NCBI GenBank assembly: GCA_035544015.1
Contig: DATKIP010000076.1
Span: 64,299 to 128,298 of the forward strand
Direction: 5' to 3'
Length of the DNA: 64,000 nt
Source of the DNA: Candidatus Saccharimonadia bacterium
GTDB lineage: Bacteria; Patescibacteriota; Saccharimonadia; UBA4664
Shown: piece by piece, positions 57,189 through 64,000 of the stretch
Position numbering within the stretch: position 1 is the first letter of the stretch
How the letters are laid out: every line of letters starts with the position of its first letter
Notes under the pieces: model-generated
Databases searched by the model: none
Told to the model about the DNA's origin: nothing
Seen by the model: the letters and a program-made list of their open reading frames with translations, nothing else
Position numbers and translations under genes: made by a program

Positions 57189-57306
57189 CCTCCCGCTCTG
57201 TCGACCGGGCAAGGTCAGAACTGGACGCGTCAAGGTGGAGCACCCCACGCGCTGAACGACCTTGGGGCGGCCAGTTATGGCCTTATGATGGCAAGACAGA
57301 GGGAGG
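57189..57306. promoter_or_regulatory. Long imperfect hairpin, candidate single-stranded DNA promoter / ssi
   Basis: Nested stems CTCCC.CTCTGTC/GACAGAGGGAG and AAGGTCAGAACTGGACGCGTCAAGGT/ACCTTGGGGCGGCCAGTTATGGCCTT; contains CGTCAA and TATGAT. Confidence 0.55.
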
Positions 57307-57403
57307 GCTAACCTCTTACAGCCCTAAGGTCATAAAGTTTAATTCATTGTTGCCGCAGAGCTTGTATTATGAAGCCATAAGCAACTTAAACGAGCCCCTC
57401 GCT

Positions 57404-58381
57404 ATGAATCTAAAAATCGGTACCTTCAACCTCAACAACCTCTTTTCTCGCTTCAATTTTGAATTCCGCACAGAAGTGCCCGATCTCAAAGAAGGCAGCG
57501 TGGAGTTCAAGAAAGTGCAGAAGCTCGTCAGCGGCATGAATGAGGCCTCGGTGGAGTACGAAGGCGTCGCTCTCAAGCGCAAAGACCCGGCTGCGCGTCA
57601 GGCCGTGGTCCGCCGTATTGAAGAAATGGACCTCGATATCCTAGCCGTTCAGGAAGTAGAGGACATCGAAACCCTGCGCTTCTTCGTCAACCATGAGCTA
57701 GACACCAAGGGCATGTACCCCCACCTTATTCTGGTTGAAGGTAACGACCCCCGCCTCATCGACCTCGCCGTCTTGTCCAAGTACCCCATCGGCGCCGTTA
57801 CCACCTGGCAGCACGCCACCCACCCCGACAGTCCCGGCGAGCGCGTCTTTAGTCGTGATTTGCTCCAGGTCGAAGTCTTGAGTAAAAATCGCGATAAACG
57901 ACTCTGCACCATATTTAACAATCACCTCAAGAGTCACTTTGTCCGCTTCCCGGAAGACCAGACGGAAGGCGCGAAGAAAGCCAACCGCCGGCGCCAACAA
58001 CAAGCTGAAGTGATGGCCAAAATCATTGCCAAAGAAATGGACTCAGATGACCGCTTCGTCGTAGTGGGGGACATGAACGATCCGGTTGACTCGGAATTTC
58101 TAAAGCCTTTCACTCACAGCCCCCGAGTCAAGCTTATTAATGGGCTTGAGCACCCGACCGAAACCCGCCCCACACCCGAAAGTTCCTCGCCGCCGCCCGG
58201 CCCCGCCTGGACCCACCGCTTCAAGGAATCCGGCAAGCCTGCGCACTATGAGCTATTCGACCAGATTTGGCTGAGCGCCGCACTGGCCAAAGACCAAACC
58301 GGCGCCTTCATTGACCGCCGCACCAAGCTTGGTGGCGACGGCTCCGACCACGACCCGGCGTGGGTAGAGATAGCAATATAG
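57404..58381 (+). CDS. Endonuclease/exonuclease/phosphatase family protein
   Basis: TFNLNNLF, AVQEVE, GNDPR.ID, NHLKS, GDMND, SDHDP. Confidence 0.9.
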   Translation: MNLKIGTFNLNNLFSRFNFEFRTEVPDLKEGSVEFKKVQKLVSGMNEASVEYEGVALKRKDPAARQAVVRRIEEMDLDILAVQEVEDIETLRFFVNHELDTKGMYPHLILVEGNDPRLIDLAVLSKYPIGAVTTWQHATHPDSPGERVFSRDLLQVEVLSKNRDKRLCTIFNNHLKSHFVRFPEDQTEGAKKANRRRQQQAEVMAKIIAKEMDSDDRFVVVGDMNDPVDSEFLKPFTHSPRVKLINGLEHPTETRPTPESSSPPPGPAWTHRFKESGKPAHYELFDQIWLSAALAKDQTGAFIDRRTKLGGDGSDHDPAWVEIAI

Positions 58382-58554
58382 CCTAGTTGCGGACCGCCTT
58401 GAGCCCTAATCAGTAACTCCCATTTGTACTCAATAGGTTTTGAGTGCAGCAGATTGGGCGCTTGCCGTAGCTAAGCATCAAGCCTTGTAAACTAACCAGT
58501 TTTATGTTATTATAGTGGCGCTCAAATCGAGCATTTGACAACCCGGGAGATATC

Positions 58555-59181
58555 GTGACGCAAGGACTACGCAAGTGGCTCGGCCGCTGGTTCGCCCAGT
58601 ACGTCATGGGCGACTCGCCGCCGGCACCCCACAAGTCGTGGAGCTCCCTCAAGGCGGAGCTCGACAAGAAGTATGGTGGGTGGGACCGGCAGCATCCGTC
58701 CGCAAAACGCGCTCACTACCACCGAATGGAACGGGACTTCAACGACGAGACCAAGCAGATCGAGTGGTGCTTCAACAAGATGGGCGCTCTCCTGACCGCC
58801 ATCGGCATAGTCCTCACGGTCGCCAGCGTGATCGTCGCCGTCGCCCCAAGCCGACTGCATCGGATCAACCTGTGGACAGTGCTCGCCGGAGCTCTGCTCG
58901 TGGCGGCCTTCCTGCTGGATGGCTGGGGACTGTCGGCCCGCGGCAAGATCTATCGCAAACTCAAGGACCCTGGCCTAGCCGCAATGGTCGTCATGGCCGG
59001 CGATGTTGTCGCTGGCGAAGAGACAGTCCTCACTGACCCCATCGACGCCGACACCTACCACCTCTACAAATGGGTGTGGCACCGGAGCCGCATGCACAAC
59101 GCTATCGAGAAGCTGTTCACGGGTTCGTGGATCACTCTCGCTGGCGCAGTCGTACTGGCCCTGATAGGTGCCCTCGCCTAG
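58555..59181 (+). CDS. Hypothetical membrane protein (3 TM, GC-rich)
   Basis: KMGALLTAIGIV TM pair plus a C-terminal TM. Confidence 0.6.
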   Translation: MTQGLRKWLGRWFAQYVMGDSPPAPHKSWSSLKAELDKKYGGWDRQHPSAKRAHYHRMERDFNDETKQIEWCFNKMGALLTAIGIVLTVASVIVAVAPSRLHRINLWTVLAGALLVAAFLLDGWGLSARGKIYRKLKDPGLAAMVVMAGDVVAGEETVLTDPIDADTYHLYKWVWHRSRMHNAIEKLFTGSWITLAGAVVLALIGALA

Positions 59182-59276
59182 GCGATCCCTCCCGGGTTCA
59201 CCGCACATAGTGCGGCAGCCCGTCCCCGCCGGCCTCCGAGCCGGACGGGGACGGGCACCCCAGCAATTATCCAATA

Positions 59277-59307
59277 TAAAAAGACCCGGGCGATCCGGGT
59301 CTTTTTA
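59277..59307. terminator. Bidirectional Rho-independent terminator
   Basis: AAAAAGACCCGG-GCGAT-CCGGGTCTTTTT between convergent genes. Confidence 0.85.
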
Positions 59308-59325
59308 ATGACCAGAGCAGATCGG

Positions 59326-60747
59326 CTATGGATTCCTAGAAGCACGCGACCCCGCGCCTTTCTGGTAGATACCGCTACTCTCCATCCTAAAATCAAAGTT
59401 CCGCACAAACTCGGGCACCGAATCATCATTCTCCCGAAACGGAATAGTGAGTCGTAGGTTGGGATGGAGTGTTCCCCTTAGCGTAAGTTTTTGGTCGGGG
59501 CGCTTGGAGCCGTTCTCAATCGGCACAGAGTCAATGTAGAGTTTTTCGTTCTCGGAATATATCTTTATCGCTTCGACCTTATTGAGCCTTGCTGGGTCAT
59601 ATGCGTGAGCTGGCGTCGGTTCCGGCGGCCTTAAGGTGCCCTTTTTAACTCGTTGCTCAACCAATTTCTTGAGCGCATCTTCTCCTTCATAAGCCCGCAA
59701 TCTGCCGGTCAAGTAGCCGAGCCGGTAGTAAACGCCGTCGTTCGTCAGCCGCCAGTTGCTCTCTTCTAACGTTTTAGTGATGAGTTTTCGCAAACTATTC
59801 TTGCTATCGTACTCTTGACGATCCGGCTTGGCATCAAGGCAGTTAAAGTCGACTACCACCTCCTTCCCGAGCTGGGGATCACCAAGTTTGAATTCGGTAT
59901 ATTGAGCCTTTTCAAGCACGGGTCGCAATGCTTCTATGAGCTGTGCGATCTTGAGCTGCTTTATGTCTTTGACTGCATCATATATATCCGCATGCTCGGT
60001 GCGTTCGGTAGCGTCTGCATAAAGCTTGCCTAAGCGCATCATGTGCTCAATCTTATCTTCAAGTTTGCGCATGGTGTCTTCATCGATGCAGAAGCGCTTG
60101 TAGTCCAGTTCATACAATGGGTCGGCGACCTCTTTCTCGGTTGATCTTTCCCTAAGATCAAGCGTTTCTTGATAGGTATGGTTGCATTCAATACAGGCAT
60201 ACGTTGAAATCAGCACGTTATTGGACTCTTTGTGAGTAATGGTCATTTCAGCTCGGCACTTCTCGCAATAAATCTTCACGCCTTCCCACTCAGCACCGTC
60301 TTCCCAATAGGTTTGCCGTTTGCTGCACGGCTCACAGGCTAAAATAAAAATCACGTCCTCACTATGGCGGTCTTTGCCCTCGCGGTGCATGTAGTATTTA
60401 TCCATGACTTCCATATTTCGGCCACAGCTACGGCAGAACGGCATTTTAGGTAGGTGAGCGTCGGCTAGATGGCGATCCTTCTGTCCGTCTCGTTCCATCC
60501 ATTCGGCAATAATTTTGTCGCGGCGATGATAGCGACTGGCCGCCGTGAATTCGACGAATTGCAGATAGTATTTGCTGTATTCTAGATACCAGGCAACCGG
60601 GCGCTCCTTGAACTCCGCAGCAGGGACTGTTTCCTCCAGTTTACGGAAGGTATCATTAAGGATACCTTCACCAGAACGGCACTGTTCGACAGTAGCGTGG
60701 TCGTAGAGGTCTTCGTAATGCTGACGATCTTCGAGGTAGGTGAGCAT
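59326..60747 (-). CDS. Hypothetical protein with four CxxC zinc-ribbon motifs
   Basis: CRSC, CEPC, CEKC, CIEC. Confidence 0.75.
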   Translation of the reverse strand: MLTYLEDRQHYEDLYDHATVEQCRSGEGILNDTFRKLEETVPAAEFKERPVAWYLEYSKYYLQFVEFTAASRYHRRDKIIAEWMERDGQKDRHLADAHLPKMPFCRSCGRNMEVMDKYYMHREGKDRHSEDVIFILACEPCSKRQTYWEDGAEWEGVKIYCEKCRAEMTITHKESNNVLISTYACIECNHTYQETLDLRERSTEKEVADPLYELDYKRFCIDEDTMRKLEDKIEHMMRLGKLYADATERTEHADIYDAVKDIKQLKIAQLIEALRPVLEKAQYTEFKLGDPQLGKEVVVDFNCLDAKPDRQEYDSKNSLRKLITKTLEESNWRLTNDGVYYRLGYLTGRLRAYEGEDALKKLVEQRVKKGTLRPPEPTPAHAYDPARLNKVEAIKIYSENEKLYIDSVPIENGSKRPDQKLTLRGTLHPNLRLTIPFRENDDSVPEFVRNFDFRMESSGIYQKGAGSRASRNP

Positions 60748-60922
60748 GATTATATTTTACAAATAATTTGCTTAGTTTTAGAGGCCACCTAGCTGGCTGG
60801 TCGGGGTCGTCAGGCAGTCCGTTTTTCGTATCGGAACCCACAGCTTTGGCCCCCTTCTTGTTATTTTTCTCACCCTCGCCACCCCTAGTGCTGACTGGTT
60901 TTACCTCAGACTCGGGCGCAAC

Positions 60923-61237
60923 GTGCTCCTTGGCATAATTTACTATCAGATGGCAGAATTTGACGAACGCGAGAACCAGAACCCTACCAGATATAAAAAA
61001 CTAGGCTACCAAATGAAACTTAAGGCTACCGAACTGGTAGTAAGAGAATTTGCTAAAAATGCTGATGTCATCAAGGCACTCGAAATACTGTCTGCTAGCG
61101 ACGCCTGCGTAAAATGCAGACCGATCAGCCGCGCTGAGATCAGCATTCATGAAGCTAAGGGAAAACGACCCGTACCCGTCGAAGATTGCCTCAATCCGTG
61201 AGGGTGCAGATGCACCCACACTCCAGTTGTAGCCTGA
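60923..61237 (+). pseudogene. Cys-rich protein fragment interrupted by an in-frame TGA
   Basis: DACVKC...PVEDCLNP*GCRCTHTP; the Cys motif continues past TGA 61199-61201. Confidence 0.5.
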
Positions 61238-61458
61238 AATCGAGCCTAAGTGTCTGTGGAAAAACAAAAGGTAGGCGTTAAATAAAGGGTTAAGGATCAC
61301 ATTTAATTAGTCATTTATCCAAAAGCGGAAACTAGCACCTACCAGGTACCCTATCAAGAGCTTCAAATTAGAAAATTGCCTTATTGTGTGCAAAACGACA
61401 AACATCTTAAACTTATATTAAGTGGCCAATTTTGGCTCTAATAAGGAGGGTGTGGTAT

Positions 61459-64000
61459 ATGGCTCGATTTCAGAAGCCCAAGGGAGGATATGTCGCCAGA
61501 TTTAAGGCGGCTCTTTTTATGCACAAGAAAGGGTGGCGGGTACTCAGGCGTACACCCAATACTCCTGCGCTATGGCATAAATCCCTCCACGTAACGGCTA
61601 TTATGGCGCTTTCACTGAATATTATCGCAACTGGGTTACCGTACCTCCTGACTCAATACAACGACGCCCAAGCTCGCATTCCGCACCCACTCGCTGCAAG
61701 CGAAAAAATCGACAACCCCCCTGCGGCTGACGCTGGGCTTGGGGCCAACAAGGCCGAGAGCCTTTCCGACGGCGTGAAGACACAATTGGCCGACCAGCTC
61801 AAAAAAGAACGGGACGGCAAACCCCGCGACACTCGCCATATCCAGGCATTAGATGAAGGGCGCAATGAGCACGATCGATTCTACCTGAACGCCGATGGAA
61901 CCAAATCGCTCGTGCGCAGCCTTCAGCCAACAAGCTTCAAAGACAAGGACGGGAACTGGCAAGACGTCGACACCTCTCTTGAGCAAGACAAATCATCAGG
62001 TAATTGGCACACCAAAGCTAACACCTGGCACGTCAATTTCGGGGATATTTCGGAAGAAGGTATCCAGATTGAAAAAGACGGACATACCTTTGCGTTTAAG
62101 CCAGTTAACGGCAAAAGCGTAAAGCCATCCATTTCGGGCGAGGCGCCCAACCAGGAAGTGACGTACCGGAATGTCTGGCAGGGCATCGACCTCAAATACG
62201 AAGTGTCGGGTGCGCAGCTTAAGGAAAGCATAATTGTTAAGAGTAGGCTTACCCAAACTGCTTTTGATTTCGACGCCATAGGAGCCAACTTAAGGCCCAA
62301 TCCGGATAAGGCTGGCTCGTACCTGCTCGACGGCGCATTTGCTGATTTCTCTATCGCATCGGCAACAATTGAAACTGCGAATGACTCAGCAATTGATGAC
62401 GCCAACATTTCTCAGTCCGCTAATAGCAATAATGTACACGTCGCGCTGGACTCTACCTGGCTGAAATCTCAATCTGTCGGTGCCTTCCCGATCATAATTG
62501 ACCCCACCCTCACATATGGCCCGGCCGCGCCCGCAGATTACTACAATTTCAGCTCCATTCCGTCCTCCTGTCATGGCTCAGTGGCCTGTGGCGGCCAAGC
62601 GATGGGCAACCAAGGCGGCAGCACCAATTGGCGCTTCGCCTTCAAGTCTGACCTAACGACAATCCCCACCAGCCCACAACAATTCCCGCTAGCGGCCAAC
62701 CTCCATCTCGAACTCAAGAGTGGGACTACAGCTTCTCAGCCAATTTCAGTTGATCATTCCACCTGCCAGACGGGCATGAGTTGCTACGATACATCATGGG
62801 ATACATCCACGGGTTCAATTGGCTCAGTGGGAGACATAGACGTAACGAACGTCTTTATAGGCGCCATGTGGCAGGGCGTTAACCAGCCTTGGTTCATGGT
62901 CCACGGCAACGAGGCCAGTGGCTCAAGCAGCTATAAGTTATTCGATGACACCAAAACCACCATCACAATTATTTATGAAGCTCTTCCGACCCAAAGTATT
63001 CTTGATACCACCAAAAATAATCCAGCCGATGGCGGCATAGCGGTGACCACGCAACCGACCTTCTTCTCCACGACCGCAACCGACTCGGATGGACCTGCGC
63101 CACTGCTGTATCGCTTTATCATCGGGACCAATAAAAACGTACCTGCGTACAACCCATATAATCTTTTCCAAAGCGTGGGCGGAATAGTGAGAGACTCCGG
63201 CCCAGCCGCATCTACCCAGTGGACAGTATCCGATAATGTTCTTCAAGATGGGACGACATATTACTGGCAAGTAAGCGTAAGGGATAGCCTGGCCAACACT
63301 CCGGAAAGGTACAGTCCTGCCTACTCGTTCAAGGTTGACCTCCGTAACGGCAAAGATGTCACGCAGGCCTCAGACTCTGTGGGGCCGGCAAGCATCGACC
63401 TCGCAAACGGTAATCTTGAAATGGGCGCTCAGAGCCATAACATTACGGCACTTGGCGGCAACCTCGGGATCAACCTCAGCTACAACTCCCCTCAGGTATC
63501 CCGTCAAGGTCTTATCGGGCAATATTGGAACGACAATGGATCGCATGCGTTCCCGTCTACAGCGCCGCTTTATCAGCGCGTTGATCCAAACGTCGACTTT
63601 AATTGGGGCACGGGTGGACCATACACCGGGGTCATTAACCAGGACAACTTCCTGGGCCGCTGGACGGGCTACTTTGTGGCGCCGCAGAATGGAACATATC
63701 AATTCGGCACCACTTCAGACGATGGCAGCCGGATTCGTTTAACCGCCGACTGCACCGGTAGTCCATACCTCGATCAATGGGGTAGTCTGCCCAATGATCT
63801 CTTTGGCGGCAGCGTAGTCCTCACCGCCGGCCAAATACAGCCGATTTGCTACGAGTACTATGAAGCCGCGGGTGCCGCCAACGCCCAATTGCGAGTCAAA
63901 ACTATTGATGCCCCGATCATCACCAGCAGACCAATCGACACCGCCTGGCTCCAAACCGGCGTCCGGCCCGTTGCGACACCGCACGGGCTTGTAGGTCGGT
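61459..64000 (+). CDS. Large secreted/surface WapA/RHS-like protein with PA14 domain (runs off the window end)
   Basis: Not in the ORF track because it has no stop; translated by hand from ATG 61459 (AAGGAGGG RBS): TM/signal, FYLNADGT..GNWQDVDTSL, IDP, SIDLANGNL, PA14 motifs GLIGQYW, VDFNWG, RWTGY, SDDG. Confidence 0.85.
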   Translation, partial: MARFQKPKGGYVARFKAALFMHKKGWRVLRRTPNTPALWHKSLHVTAIMALSLNIIATGLPYLLTQYNDAQARIPHPLAASEKIDNPPAADAGLGANKAESLSDGVKTQLADQLKKERDGKPRDTRHIQALDEGRNEHDRFYLNADGTKSLVRSLQPTSFKDKDGNWQDVDTSLEQDKSSGNWHTKANTWHVNFGDISEEGIQIEKDGHTFAFKPVNGKSVKPSISGEAPNQEVTYRNVWQGIDLKYEVSGAQLKESIIVKSRLTQTAFDFDAIGANLRPNPDKAGSYLLDGAFADFSIASATIETANDSAIDDANISQSANSNNVHVALDSTWLKSQSVGAFPIIIDPTLTYGPAAPADYYNFSSIPSSCHGSVACGGQAMGNQGGSTNWRFAFKSDLTTIPTSPQQFPLAANLHLELKSGTTASQPISVDHSTCQTGMSCYDTSWDTSTGSIGSVGDIDVTNVFIGAMWQGVNQPWFMVHGNEASGSSSYKLFDDTKTTITIIYEALPTQSILDTTKNNPADGGIAVTTQPTFFSTTATDSDGPAPLLYRFIIGTNKNVPAYNPYNLFQSVGGIVRDSGPAASTQWTVSDNVLQDGTTYYWQVSVRDSLANTPERYSPAYSFKVDLRNGKDVTQASDSVGPASIDLANGNLEMGAQSHNITALGGNLGINLSYNSPQVSRQGLIGQYWNDNGSHAFPSTAPLYQRVDPNVDFNWGTGGPYTGVINQDNFLGRWTGYFVAPQNGTYQFGTTSDDGSRIRLTADCTGSPYLDQWGSLPNDLFGGSVVLTAGQIQPICYEYYEAAGAANAQLRVKTIDAPIITSRPIDTAWLQTGVRPVATPHGLVGR

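Larger units (their letters stand above)
45630..61300. mobile_element. Integrative (mobilizable) element / genomic island; right boundary uncertain
   Basis: Large serine recombinase, TraD/VirB4-like ATPase, replication-relaxation protein and DUF3768; visibly AT-richer defence-like cargo; tRNA-3'-end-like junction at 45630. Confidence 0.7.

Noticed and set aside
1-64000. CRISPR arrays, tRNA and rRNA genes, IS transposases, phage structural genes
   Set aside because: None detected by eye; only a 9-nt tRNA-end-like word at 45630

Overview
Bacterial chromosomal window. It is probably from a Patescibacteria/Saccharibacteria-like organism; this is inferred from near-leaderless genes, very short intergenic spacers, stand-alone receivers and the element type, and no rRNA or marker gene is present to confirm it. 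1-9 kb holds small accessory and resistance-type genes and a toxin-antitoxin cluster. 9.2-16.4 kb and 31.7-37.1 kb are two paralogous 'signal synthase + multi-TM LuxN-like histidine kinase + single-domain response regulator' loci. The first has an MppJ-like C-methyltransferase, a PLP aminotransferase, two paralogous SAM methyltransferases and a FeeM/LuxI-fold acyltransferase. The second has a clear LuxI-family synthase, a PlsC/HdtS-family acyltransferase and an EgtD-like methyltransferase. A ~490-nt hairpin-dense non-coding unit with its own sigma70 promoter and terminator lies at 18.8-19.3 kb. A ~100-bp double-palindrome repeat occurs twice with its core inverted. Housekeeping genes include ndh, mgtA, folD, ahcY, an adenosine kinase, purD and pyrCDEF. 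Several isolated secreted enzymes look actinobacterial. From ~45.6 kb there is an integrative element with a PLD/TIR-like/Schlafen/multi-HEPN cargo array, a large serine recombinase, a TraD/VirB4-like ATPase, a replication-relaxation protein and a candidate ssDNA-promoter hairpin. The window ends in a truncated WapA/RHS-like PA14 protein. All family calls come from reading motifs by eye; no database search was run.
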